A DNA stretch of 64,000 nucleotides, taken from the NCBI GenBank assembly GCA_965237905.1, contig OZ250172.1, positions 768,001 through 832,000 of the forward strand, given 5' to 3'. Each line of letters opens with the position of its first letter. Position 1 is the stretch's first letter. Under the pieces are notes generated by a model. That model searched no databases. It had not been told where the DNA came from and worked only from the letters and a program-made list of their open reading frames with translations. Source of the stretch: Nitrospinaceae bacterium (lineage in GTDB: Bacteria; Nitrospinota; Nitrospinia; Nitrospinales; Nitrospinaceae). A program made the position numbers and the translations under genes. This document shows, piece by piece, positions 30,028-39,225 of this stretch.

Positions 30028-30564
30028 TTAAGCCTTGGTACAGTGATCTTTTTTGCAATCTTCCACAATCATTTTCAAATCATCCATATAATCCTTCAGG
30101 ATTTTCTGGATGAATACCATATTTTTCTCTTTAAAATGATTTGTAAACTCCGCCAAGGCCTCTCCGCTGGATGTCACTTCTTTTTGACCGATATCGGAGG
30201 TATAAAAAGCGATGAGTTGGTCCAACTCGCCGTCGGTAAACTTTGCTCCATAATATTTAGCCCAAGTATCTGTGATTTCCTGGGCGGTCCAAGGGGTATT
30301 CGTGGCTTTTTCTAAAAACCGGTTGAACGCTACCTCGAGCCGGGACATGAACTCTTCATTCGGGTTCAACTGGTTTTTGAGCTGGGCAAACATTTGAGCG
30401 CCCATTTTTTTACAATCCTCTTTACTCTGATCGATTTGCTGCTGCCACATTTCCAGGACGCCTTGAGCCTTCATAAGAGCCTCAATTTTTTCCACTCGGG
30501 TATCGGCGAAAGCAAGACCGGGGACAAGCATCAATACCGTAAAAATAACAATACTCAACTTCAT
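30028..30564 (-). CDS. DUF2059 domain exported protein
   Basis: Signal peptide; YGAKFTDGELDQLIAFYTSDIGQK motif; AGGAGG RBS. Confidence 0.85.
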   Translation of the reverse strand: MKLSIVIFTVLMLVPGLAFADTRVEKIEALMKAQGVLEMWQQQIDQSKEDCKKMGAQMFAQLKNQLNPNEEFMSRLEVAFNRFLEKATNTPWTAQEITDTWAKYYGAKFTDGELDQLIAFYTSDIGQKEVTSSGEALAEFTNHFKEKNMVFIQKILKDYMDDLKMIVEDCKKDHCTKA

Positions 30565-30654
30565 AACAATATCCCTCCTTTGGGTTATTCATAATCGTGT
30601 CAAAAAACTGCCCCCTTCGAAATCCCACATCTTCAAGCTCTATCGACCGAGGTG

Positions 30655-30700
30655 ATTGCACTCCGGTGATACCCCAAATTGCACTCCGGTGATACCCCAA
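30655..30700. repeat. Perfect 23-bp tandem duplication
   Basis: ATTGCACTCCGGTGATACCCCAA x2. Confidence 0.95.
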
Positions 30701-31057
30701 GTGGCCTTCAGAATAACTATATGGGACTATTAATTAGTATAAGGGAAGTTATCCGCAATTATAGGGCCAGCCCAAAAAAGACCATCGAAGCGATCCCCAT
30801 TAAACCTTCGCCGCTCAGGACGAAGGAGTTGTTTGCAACCCGGGCTCTAATTAAGAGTGCAAAACTCAAGGGTTCTGCCCTATCTTTACCCTGAATGCCG
30901 AATCTGGATGGAACCCAGCCTTTTTCCACTATTTTGGTGCATCCGTCCGAAAAAAAAGGGTATAATTTCCTCAACTTTTCCGATAGGTTATCAAACACAC
31001 GATCGACCCCAGCGGGGTTCTTTCCGAGACAAATAAGAGCAAACGAGAGATAAGGCT

Positions 31058-32071
31058 ATGAGCGAGGCAACTCAAAAGGAACGACCCCTACTGATCGACG
31101 GAATGGGGCGGAAGATCGTCAATCTCCGCATTTCCGTTACCGATCGCTGTAATTTCCGCTGTACCTATTGCATGCCAGCCGACAACGTCGAGTTCATGGA
31201 CCGGGGCGAATTGCTGTCGTTTGAGGAAATAACGCAGGTTGCCCGCGTCGTCTCTAAAATGGGCATCTACCGCCTGCGCCTGACCGGCGGCGAACCACTA
31301 CTGAGAAAGGGCCTGCCCACTCTCGTCAAGATGCTGGACGAGCTGGAGGATATCGAGGATATTGCGCTGACCACCAACGCCTTTTTTCTGAAAGATCAGG
31401 CCGCGATTCTCAAGGAAGCGGGCTTGAAGCGCCTCAATATCAGTCTCGATGCTTTGGATAAGGACAAATTCACGCACGTCAACCGGCGCGATTGCCTGCA
31501 ACAGGTACTGGATGGCATTGCTGAATCCCGCAAAGTCGGGTTTGACTCTATTAAGATCAACGCCGTCGCCGTGAAAAATTTCTCGGAAGACGAAATCCTA
31601 AAACTGGTGGAAATGGGCCGGGAGCAGGATCTCGAAATCCGCTTCATCGAGTTTATGCCGCTGGACGCCGACAGGGTCTGGGAGCGTGACAAGGTTCTAT
31701 TCGGCCACGAAATTCTGGACATCATCAATCAGAAATACGAGCTGGTGCCCATCAAGGATTCGTTAGAGATCGGCCCCGCCAGTGAATATTCTTTTGCCGA
31801 CAGCAAGGGGAAAATCGGTATCATTACCGCCGTCAGCAATCCGTTTTGCGACTACTGCAATCGCATCCGCATGACCGCAGACGGCAAACTGCGCACCTGT
31901 CTGTTCTCCACCAACGAGCACAATCTTAAAGAACTGATCCGCTCCGGCGCTACCGACTCGGATATCGAGCAGAGAATCCGGGCCGCTCTGGTCACCAAGG
32001 AACCCGGCCACAAGATCAATCTCGACAGTTTCGAGCGGCCGGATCGCGCCATGCACGCCATCGGCGGTTAA
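31058..32071 (+). CDS. moaA: GTP 3',8-cyclase (molybdenum cofactor biosynthesis)
   Basis: LRISVTDRCNFRCTYCMP, FCDYCNRIRMTADGKLRTCLF, C-terminal IGG. Confidence 0.96.
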   Translation: MSEATQKERPLLIDGMGRKIVNLRISVTDRCNFRCTYCMPADNVEFMDRGELLSFEEITQVARVVSKMGIYRLRLTGGEPLLRKGLPTLVKMLDELEDIEDIALTTNAFFLKDQAAILKEAGLKRLNISLDALDKDKFTHVNRRDCLQQVLDGIAESRKVGFDSIKINAVAVKNFSEDEILKLVEMGREQDLEIRFIEFMPLDADRVWERDKVLFGHEILDIINQKYELVPIKDSLEIGPASEYSFADSKGKIGIITAVSNPFCDYCNRIRMTADGKLRTCLFSTNEHNLKELIRSGATDSDIEQRIRAALVTKEPGHKINLDSFERPDRAMHAIGG

Positions 32072-32083
32072 CCCGTCTAACGA

Positions 32084-32143
32084 CGGGGGGGAATCTGGCT
32101 GACCGTTAAGGGCAACCGATGAGTCTCTGGGCGCAATACGGAG
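32084..32143 (+). repeat. Copy B of the dispersed structured element
   Basis: GGCTGAC-CGTTAAGGG-CAACCGATGA-GTCTCT-GGGCGCAAT. Confidence 0.7.
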
Positions 32144-32172
32144 TTTAAAATTTGTTCCGGGCCTTGTCCGGC

Positions 32173-32233
32173 CCTACCGGGGAAGGGAGCTTGCTGACGG
32201 TTAACAGCCAGAGAAACTCCCCGGGCGCAATTC
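32173..32233 (+). repeat. Copy C of the dispersed structured element
   Basis: CCTACCGGGGA...GCTGAC-GGTTAACAG-CCAGAGAAAC-TCCCC-GGGCGCAAT. Confidence 0.65.
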
Positions 32234-32452
32234 AATGAACACTGGATCTTGCCCTTTCCTGCCCTCTTTTCTGCATTTTCTGCACCTTGATGACTTGACC
32301 ATTCCTTGGGAATATCCTGTTAACTAATTGATTTTAAAAGTCTTATTCGAATTCGCCTTGAAAGACATGAGAACCCGGTTTGAGGTAAATCTAACGAACC
32401 GCAGATTTACAGAAAATCTGGTTTTTTGGAAAAGTAGTGGTATACTGGTTTC

Positions 32453-32534
32453 AATAAATCGGTAGTTGTTATACCTTTTTACCTCCTCTTAAAGTGTCTG
32501 GGAGCAGACCCTCCTGCTCCCGGATATTTTTTTT
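32453..32534 (+). ncRNA. Candidate ~80-nt sRNA
   Basis: Extended -10 TGgTATACT (32438-32446), ACCTCCTC motif, strong terminator. Confidence 0.4.
32494..32534 (+). terminator. Rho-independent terminator
   Basis: GTGTCTGGGAGCAG-ACCCTC-CTGCTCCCGGATAT followed by a T-run. Confidence 0.8.
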
Positions 32535-32592
32535 GCTTCCCGGTTGTGTTAATTTGTTACCACTTTCAAAACGCTTGATCCCGAATTCCCTC

Positions 32593-33417
32593 ATGACGCT
32601 TCAAGAAAAATACGAAAAACTGAAGTCACTGTTCCGTGAGATGGGCAGTGTGGCCGTCGCCTATTCCGGAGGAGTCGACAGCGCCCTGGTACTGGCGGTG
32701 GCGCATTCAATTTTGAACGGAAACACGCTGGCGGTGACGGGAAACTCAGCCAGCCTGGCGCAACGGGAACGGATAGCGGCCACTGAGTTTGCGGCGACAC
32801 TCGGAGTCGAACATTGCGTTATCGATACGGGAGAAGTCTCCTCCCCCGACTACGCCGCGAACCCGATCAACCGATGTTATTACTGCAAATCGGAATTGTA
32901 TTCCAAACTGCGTGAAGTCGCCGATCAACACCACCTGAAACATATCGTCAACGGCACCAACGTGAACGACCTGGGGGATCATCGTCCCGGGCTGGTATCG
33001 GCACGCGAGGCGGGGGTCCGGAGTCCTTTATGCGAAGCGGGAATGACCAAACAGGATGTGCGCGACCTGGCCCGGCAATTGGGTTTACCCGTCTGGGACA
33101 AACCGGCCATGCCCTGCCTGTCCTCGCGCATTCCATACGAACAAGCCGTTACTCCAGAAAAACTGGCGATGATCGAGCAGGCGGAGGATTTTCTGATTGC
33201 TCTCGGCTTCAAACAATTACGGGTGCGGCATTATGGAGAGTCGGCCCGCATCGAACTGCCTCAAGAGGACCTGCCGCACTTTTATAAGGAAAACCTGTTC
33301 GAGCCGGTCCATAAGCGGTTTTTGGAAATCGGTTTCAAACAAGTGACGGTGGATCCCGAAGGCTTCCGTTCCGGCAGATTGAACGAAGCGGTGTCCTCCG
33401 AAATCGAAGGAAAATAA
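32593..33417 (+). CDS. larE: LarE family ATP-dependent sulfur transferase
   Basis: AYSGGVDS PP-loop, RCYYCK, DHRPG, PCLSSRIPY; start at ATG 32593. Confidence 0.9.
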   Translation: MTLQEKYEKLKSLFREMGSVAVAYSGGVDSALVLAVAHSILNGNTLAVTGNSASLAQRERIAATEFAATLGVEHCVIDTGEVSSPDYAANPINRCYYCKSELYSKLREVADQHHLKHIVNGTNVNDLGDHRPGLVSAREAGVRSPLCEAGMTKQDVRDLARQLGLPVWDKPAMPCLSSRIPYEQAVTPEKLAMIEQAEDFLIALGFKQLRVRHYGESARIELPQEDLPHFYKENLFEPVHKRFLEIGFKQVTVDPEGFRSGRLNEAVSSEIEGK

Positions 33418-33418
33418 A

Positions 33419-33661
33419 ATGTTTCAATATAAACTGAAACCCGAATTCCGCAAGGAGTTGAAAAACCCGGACCTGTTCGTTAAGGGAATGGAAAAAGTGT
33501 ACTGGGGGTTGATCATCGCCATGGCCGGTGTGGGGCTGATGCTGATCCTGTATTTCAACGACCCGGAAAAGGTACTGCATCCCACCTGGATTCTGTTCAT
33601 TGGGCTGGGCCTGGCCGGATGGGGGGAATGGCAGAAATACAAGGGCAAGGGGAGTTTGTGA
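33419..33661 (+). CDS. Small two-TM membrane protein
   Basis: 80-aa ORF starting 1 nt after the larE stop; two hydrophobic helices. Confidence 0.75.
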   Translation: MFQYKLKPEFRKELKNPDLFVKGMEKVYWGLIIAMAGVGLMLILYFNDPEKVLHPTWILFIGLGLAGWGEWQKYKGKGSL

Positions 33662-33776
33662 GACAGGATAAAAACTCCCCCTTCTTGAAGGGGGCTGGGG
33701 GGATTTGGAACCACAGATGAACACAAATAAACACTGATAAATCTGGAACAGGGAACACGGAGCATGGAGCATGGAG
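33661..33776. repeat. Mosaic of short dispersed repeats
   Basis: AGACAGGATAA; CCCCCTTC-TT-GAAGGGGG hairpin; 10-bp period ACCACAGATG/AACACAAATA/AACACTGATA; 7-bp period GGAACAG/GGAACAC/GGAGCAT/GGAGCAT. Confidence 0.75.
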
Positions 33777-33803
33777 AAAAAATTACCAGCGGAGGTACTC
33801 CGC

Positions 33804-33983
33804 CAAAAAAAGGACCCTTTCTTTTCGCGCACGCGATTCAGAAAAGATCCCCGGGGTTGCCCCCAACCCGTTGCCGCACATTTCGGAGGCAACCCCAACA
33901 ACCTTATAGCCGAATACACTTACTTTACTTCGATTCCACTACCCATCGGCTATAACAGGAGCCGGCTCCATTGCCTGCTCCCA
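33804..33983 (-). ncRNA. Candidate ~180-nt multi-hairpin ncRNA
   Basis: TTGACA-17-CATATT promoter (34017-33989), consecutive stems, terminator with T7. Confidence 0.5.
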
Positions 33984-34047
33984 CAATAAATATGGGCCGA
34001 CCCGCCACTCCTGTCAATATTTGAACCTATAAAATCGAACCGGGTGG

Positions 34048-34908
34048 TTATTTCCCTTTTTTAGGGAGATGGTTGTTTTCGGAGTTTTGGCCGAGCCACT
34101 GGGATCGCTTGGTGGCTTCCTCGACGGCGTTCATGAGGGTGGTGCGGAGTCCTCCCTTTTCCAGCATATGCAGGCCGGAGATGGTGGTGCCGCCGGGCGA
34201 GGTGACCTGATCCTTCAATTCGCCGGGATGCTTGCCGCTTTCCAGCGCCAGTTTGGCGGAGCCGAGGACGGTTTGCAGGGTGAGGATATTCGCCACGTCG
34301 CGCGACAGTCCCATCTTCACCCCTGCGTCGGACAACGCTTCGATGATCATGAATATGTAGGCCGGTCCACTGCCGCTCAACCCGGTCACCGCGTCGAGAT
34401 GCGATTCACTCACGTCGACAGTTTTTCCAACCGCTTCAAAAATCCGGTGCGCCACTTTGAGATCGGTGGCGGACACTTTGTGACTGGCTGCCAGCGCAGT
34501 TACGCTTTCATGCACCAGGGCCGGAGTATTGGGCATGGTGCGCACCACGCCCAGTTTTTTCTTGCCGTCCGGACTCAAATATTCCGCAATGGTTTTGATG
34601 GGAATGCCGGCGGCGATGGAGATCACCAGTTTTTTATCGTCGACCCACTCGGCGATGCCTTCCAACACGTCTTTCATGGACTGCGGTTTCACCGCCAGCA
34701 GGAGGATGTCGCTTTTCTTCGCCAGCTCGCAGTTGTCGTCGGTGGTTTTGACATGATATTCCTGATGCAACCATTCCCGGCGTACCGGACAGACATCGGC
34801 GACCATCAGGTTTTTGGCCTCGATGAATCCAGCAGACAAGAGACCCTTGATCATGGCCTCGGCCATATTGCCGCCTCCGATGAATCCTATTTTTTTACTC
34901 TTCAGCAC
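34048..34908 (-). CDS. proC: Pyrroline-5-carboxylate reductase
   Basis: IGFIGGGNMA, AVKP, RTMPNTP, TGLSGSGPAY, VTSPGGTT. Confidence 0.96.
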   Translation of the reverse strand: MLKSKKIGFIGGGNMAEAMIKGLLSAGFIEAKNLMVADVCPVRREWLHQEYHVKTTDDNCELAKKSDILLLAVKPQSMKDVLEGIAEWVDDKKLVISIAAGIPIKTIAEYLSPDGKKKLGVVRTMPNTPALVHESVTALAASHKVSATDLKVAHRIFEAVGKTVDVSESHLDAVTGLSGSGPAYIFMIIEALSDAGVKMGLSRDVANILTLQTVLGSAKLALESGKHPGELKDQVTSPGGTTISGLHMLEKGGLRTTLMNAVEEATKRSQWLGQNSENNHLPKKGK

Positions 34909-34935
34909 AACGTTATCTCCTGCATTAATATTATT

Positions 34936-35634
34936 TCAGTGGGCATCTCGCCCCCCGAAAATGGCCGTGCCCACCCGCACCCAGGTGGCGCCTTCTTCGA
35001 TGGCCACTTCAAAATCGTTCGACATGCCCATGGACAATTCGTCCATGGATATATTTTCGATATTCACCTTCTGCATCCGGTCCCGCAACCGCCGCAACGC
35101 GGCAAAATGCTTGCGTGACTTTTCAGGATCGGGATCGAAAGGCGGAATCGTCATCAACCCCCGGACCGAAATCCCATTCAGAGAAACCACCATGTCCAGT
35201 AATTCTTCCAAATCGTCGGGATTCACCCCGGACTTGCTGGTTTCTCCCGACACGTTGACCTGAATCAACACCGGTGTAACCAAATCATACTTCATACTGT
35301 GCCGATGAATTTCCTCGGCCAGCTCCGAATTATCGACCGAATGAATCAACTCGAACAGTCCGGGAATATACTTTACTTTATTCCTCTGCAAATGCCCAAT
35401 GAAATGCCAGTGAACCGATTCTGTCCCCAGGGTTTCAATTTTATCCTGGGCTTCCTGAACCTTGTTCTCCCCAAACACGCATCCGCCAATCTCACCCGCT
35501 TCGGCAATGCGTTCGACGGGAACGGTTTTGGTGACTGCAACCAGGCGAACCGCATTCGGCTCGCGTCCGGATTTACGGGCGGCCTCCGCCATGCGTTCTT
35601 TAACGGTAGCCAGGTTATCGGCAATCAAGGACAT
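34936..35634 (-). CDS. yggS: PLP homeostasis protein YggS
   Basis: LVAVTK, FGENKVQEA, WHFIGHLQRNK, LSMGMSNDF, VRVGTAIFG; start at ATG 35634. Confidence 0.95.
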   Translation of the reverse strand: MSLIADNLATVKERMAEAARKSGREPNAVRLVAVTKTVPVERIAEAGEIGGCVFGENKVQEAQDKIETLGTESVHWHFIGHLQRNKVKYIPGLFELIHSVDNSELAEEIHRHSMKYDLVTPVLIQVNVSGETSKSGVNPDDLEELLDMVVSLNGISVRGLMTIPPFDPDPEKSRKHFAALRRLRDRMQKVNIENISMDELSMGMSNDFEVAIEEGATWVRVGTAIFGGRDAH

Positions 35635-35704
35635 GAATAGGGACCGGTGTCGGGAATGGAAAGTTTGCAGGATTAAAACCAATAACTCCGATTCAGAATG
35701 AAGC

Positions 35705-36052
35705 TCAATATAAGGCCTGTGTGCCCTTCTCCCCGGTACGCACCCGGATGGCTTCCTCAACCGGCTGGACGAAAATTTTTCCGTCCCCCAGGTTGCCGGT
35801 GCGCAGGGTGGACACCATCGCCTCGACCACCTCATCGACACTTTCATCCTCCAGGACAATGGTAATTTCGATCCGGTGGTGAAATTGAGGAACCTTGCTC
35901 TTTTCGGGATCGGGATCGGATTGCATCTGGCTCAGGGGTTTGCCGATTCCTTTGACCTCGGACACGGACATACCGGGAACCCCCAGGGCAAACAGCTTTT
36001 CCCTGATCTCATCCAGCTTCTCGAACCGCATGTAACATCTGATCATTTTCAT
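35705..36052 (-). CDS. P-II family protein with a divergent T-loop
   Basis: SEVKG, RTGNLGDGKIFV, IRVRTGE; start at ATG 36052. Confidence 0.9.
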   Translation of the reverse strand: MKMIRCYMRFEKLDEIREKLFALGVPGMSVSEVKGIGKPLSQMQSDPDPEKSKVPQFHHRIEITIVLEDESVDEVVEAMVSTLRTGNLGDGKIFVQPVEEAIRVRTGEKGTQALY

Positions 36053-36073
36053 AAGGAAAGACCAATTTAGACG

Positions 36074-36113
36074 AAAAAAAAAGGCTTTGCAACCGTACAG
36101 ATTGCAAAGCCTT
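36074..36113 (-). terminator. Rho-independent terminator after the response regulator
   Basis: AAGGCTTTGCAA / TTGCAAAGCCTT 12-bp stem followed by a long T-run on the minus strand. Confidence 0.8.
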
Positions 36114-36142
36114 ATGTGACTCAACCCGGAGGTCGTTATCGA

Positions 36143-36538
36143 TTAAAAGTTAATTTCCTTCCCGGCGGCGATCAGGTCCCCCACCACCGCTAATAATTTT
36201 TCTTTTTCGACGGGTTTGACCAGGTAATCCTTGACCCCCTTTTTCAGCAAATCGGACGCTAGTTCCGTATCTGGATAACCGGTAATGACAACGATAGGAA
36301 TCCCCGGTGCTTGTTCTCTAATAAATTGAATGCACTCCACCCCGTTGACCTTGGGCATTCGAATATCACACAGAATCACCCCGCAATTCACCATATTATC
36401 CCCTGATTTGAGAATGTCGATGGCGTTCTGCCCGTCCACCGCTTCCAATACGTTGAGACCTTTCTGTTCTAATTGTAGTTTAATTACATCCCGAACGTCA
36501 TTTTCATCATCCACAACCAGAATTTTCCCCTTTGCCAT
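36143..36538 (-). CDS. Single-domain response regulator (CheY-like)
   Basis: ILVVDDE, DIRMPKVNG, ITG, YLVKP; start at ATG 36538. Confidence 0.92.
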   Translation of the reverse strand: MAKGKILVVDDENDVRDVIKLQLEQKGLNVLEAVDGQNAIDILKSGDNMVNCGVILCDIRMPKVNGVECIQFIREQAPGIPIVVITGYPDTELASDLLKKGVKDYLVKPVEKEKLLAVVGDLIAAGKEINF

Positions 36539-36791
36539 AGCAACCCCCTTCATAAAGGTTTCTAAAAGTATTAGAATTAGTGTAATAAGGTTGTTCACGC
36601 ATCAATCATGCCCGATGCCTATATTCGACCTTCCCGCTCCATGGAGGACTTGCTAATCTTATCATAAAAATAGGCCCTGGGCCGGAACCGGGCCACTTTT
36701 TTTGTAAAAAGCATGAAATTTAAAGGCCTTGGGCCTATATTGGCTGTGATGGGTATCGGAAAAATTCCAGCTCACTCTAAAAGGGTGGTCC

Positions 36792-39218
36792 GTGACCGTG
36801 AAACCAAAACCTGCGCGCAATTCTTTTTCTTTTTTGCGTATGGGATTAAAAAACAAATTGATTGCCATCGTGATCGGGGTCGGAACAGTGCCCTTGATCC
36901 TGGCCATGATCTTCTCCTACCTGCAGGGCAACAAATCACTGACCCAGGTGATCGGCGCCAGTTTCCAGGCCCTGGCCTACGAAACCTCCACTAAAATTGA
37001 CATCCTGCTGAAGGAGGAAATTCATAAAATCACCCACCTGGCCAGTCATCCCACGCTGGTGCTTTGGGTCACGCAACAAAACAAATATCTGAAACAGATC
37101 TCTTCTTCTAAAATCGACCAGGAAATCCGTCAACAATCCCAGGCGTGGAGCGATCGGAACCCTCAATCCCTCTCGCCCACCACCAATAGGGCCAGCAATG
37201 TATTGAAGGGTTTTTTGAAGACCGACCCCTATGCCTCCGAAAATACGTTGGCCTTGTTCATCACCGACGCCAAAGGATTGCTGGTTTCCAGTATCAATTT
37301 TCATCCCGGCTATGTGAATACCCATTTTCCTTCCTGGAAAAAAATCATGGCCGGGCAACTGGAAACCTTTTTCGGTGCCCTGGCACGGGACACTCAGACA
37401 GAGCGCTACACATTCGAGTTGGCGGTACCCATCAAAAACCATGAAGGCCAGGTCGCTGGCGTGCTGCACCGGGTGTATATTGCCAAAGATTTTTTTATCA
37501 ATGCCCTCGAAACCATCACCTTCGGTGAAACCGGCCACGTGATGGTGATCGATTCCAATGGAGTGGTACTGAATTGCCCGATTTTACCGACGGGACACCA
37601 ACTGGCCGACCCCGAACTGGTTAAAGCCGTCACCGGCCCGTCGAACGCCTGGGTTCAAACCCAGGGAGACGGGCATGGAAGCGAGGATACGTCCATCATC
37701 GGCTACTCTCCCCTTGAAAAAACGAGCCAATACACTTTAGCCTCCAGCGATCAGCGGTGGTTCACTTTTGCCTGGCAGGCTTCTGACGAACTGTTCGCTC
37801 CGACCGAAAGCCTACTGACCTGGGTCTCGGGCGCCGGATTGTTTTCCATTCTCTTGATCGTCATCATGGGTTCCCTGGCGGCCAACAAGATCGTGCGTCC
37901 CATCCGGCAGGTACAGCACGCGGCCGTGTCCATCGGACGTGGGGAAACGGTGGAACCGCTCGACATCAAAACCGGAGACGAAATCGAGTCCCTGGCGGAA
38001 GAAATCAATACCATGAGTGGACTGTTACAAAAAACGTTTTCCGGCCTGGAACACCAGGTGGAGGCCAAAACCCAGGAAGTGATTCATCTTAAAAAATATA
38101 CCGACAGTATCTTGATGAGCGTCCCAGAAATTATTTCGATTCTGGACCCCGATTTGAAAATTGAATACGCCAATGCGGCTTTTGAACAATTGACCGGCTG
38201 TCAACCCGACAGGTATCTGGAACATACGTTGTCTGAGATTTCTTTGGAACCTTCGAAAGAGTGGAACTTATTGAGTAAGGAGGTGGAGAAATATCAATGG
38301 GGAATCAAAAAGGATCGCCGCCCTCCTTCTCAGTCCGACGCTTCCTATAAAGCCAAAGATCCCCTGGCTCCTTGCGACGAAAGCCCGGACAAGGATTCGC
38401 GAAACACCGTCACTCTGGGTAACTGCATTTTTGCCTATAAGTTTTTCGATGTGGTGCTGGAAGAGGAAAAGGCACAGCGGATCGGCCTCATCATGAAAGA
38501 CATTACCGAAGAAAAAAGACTGCTGGATCAGTTGACCCAGGCCGACAAGCTTTCGGGGCTGGGAACCCTCGCGGCGGGGATCGCCCATGAAATGAACAAC
38601 CCGCTGTATTCCATCATGGGTTTCACCGAAGCCATCCTGGAGGAAAAACAGATTTCTAAAATCCAGCCTCTCGCCCAAAAAGTGCTCGCCCGGTCCAAAC
38701 ACATGGCGTCGGTTATCCTAAACCTGTCGGGCTACGCCCGGACCAATGAGCAGGATGCCTTAAAAGATGTTGATATCAACGACGCGCTCAAGGCGGCCAC
38801 GGAAATGGCCTTGATGGCTTCTTATACCGATGACATTGACTTGGAAAAAAATTTCGGTTCGGTTCCGAGCATACAAGCCAAGCCGGAGGAAATCCAACAG
38901 GTGTTCCTCAATATTATAAGCAATGCAGTCCAGGCGATGGAGGGCAAAGGCAAGCTGACTCTTTCCTCCCAACACGACCAGGAATTCATCGTCGTTCAAA
39001 TCCGGGATACCGGTCCAGGCATTTCTCCTGAATACATTTCCAAAGTGTTCGATCCATTCTTCACCACCAAGGAACAAGGCGAAGGCACGGGACTGGGACT
39101 CAACATCGTTCACCGGGTGGTGAACCAATATGGCGGAAATATAAAAATCGAATCTGAACCAGGGGAGGGAACGACGTTTGTGATCTCGTTTCCCGTCAAT
39201 GGGAAAGAAAATAAATGA
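36792..39218 (+). CDS. Sensor histidine kinase (Cache-HAMP-PAS-HisKA-HATPase)
   Basis: Two TMs, [42 protein letters not shown]. Confidence 0.92.
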   Translation: MTVKPKPARNSFSFLRMGLKNKLIAIVIGVGTVPLILAMIFSYLQGNKSLTQVIGASFQALAYETSTKIDILLKEEIHKITHLASHPTLVLWVTQQNKYLKQISSSKIDQEIRQQSQAWSDRNPQSLSPTTNRASNVLKGFLKTDPYASENTLALFITDAKGLLVSSINFHPGYVNTHFPSWKKIMAGQLETFFGALARDTQTERYTFELAVPIKNHEGQVAGVLHRVYIAKDFFINALETITFGETGHVMVIDSNGVVLNCPILPTGHQLADPELVKAVTGPSNAWVQTQGDGHGSEDTSIIGYSPLEKTSQYTLASSDQRWFTFAWQASDELFAPTESLLTWVSGAGLFSILLIVIMGSLAANKIVRPIRQVQHAAVSIGRGETVEPLDIKTGDEIESLAEEINTMSGLLQKTFSGLEHQVEAKTQEVIHLKKYTDSILMSVPEIISILDPDLKIEYANAAFEQLTGCQPDRYLEHTLSEISLEPSKEWNLLSKEVEKYQWGIKKDRRPPSQSDASYKAKDPLAPCDESPDKDSRNTVTLGNCIFAYKFFDVVLEEEKAQRIGLIMKDITEEKRLLDQLTQADKLSGLGTLAAGIAHEMNNPLYSIMGFTEAILEEKQISKIQPLAQKVLARSKHMASVILNLSGYARTNEQDALKDVDINDALKAATEMALMASYTDDIDLEKNFGSVPSIQAKPEEIQQVFLNIISNAVQAMEGKGKLTLSSQHDQEFIVVQIRDTGPGISPEYISKVFDPFFTTKEQGEGTGLGLNIVHRVVNQYGGNIKIESEPGEGTTFVISFPVNGKENK

Positions 39219-39225
39219 ATGCGAA

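Noticed and set aside
30713..30752. loxP- or dif-like recombination site
   Set aside because: Only the 6-bp ends resemble loxP; length and arms do not fit; no XerD-arm consensus
30760..31057. Moco riboswitch upstream of moaA
   Set aside because: Conserved Moco RNA motifs and stems not recognisable
32072..32112. Integron attC site (GTCTAAC ... GTTAAGG)
   Set aside because: Too short, no L boxes and no integrase; GTCTAAC is simply part of the CCCGTC/GACGGG hairpin after moaA
32084..32233. c-di-GMP-I (GEMM) riboswitch or mini-CRISPR reading of the tandem element
   Set aside because: GGCAA..GCGCAA resemblance only; no GNRA loop/receptor or P2 stem; copies too divergent, only two in tandem, and no cas genes
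32367..32465. 32-aa ORF (MRTRFEVN...) as a leader peptide
   Set aside because: Weak RBS, no telling composition, and it overlaps a predicted promoter
34069..35118. 349-aa plus-strand ORF
   Set aside because: Antisense shadow of proC and yggS; no recognisable motifs
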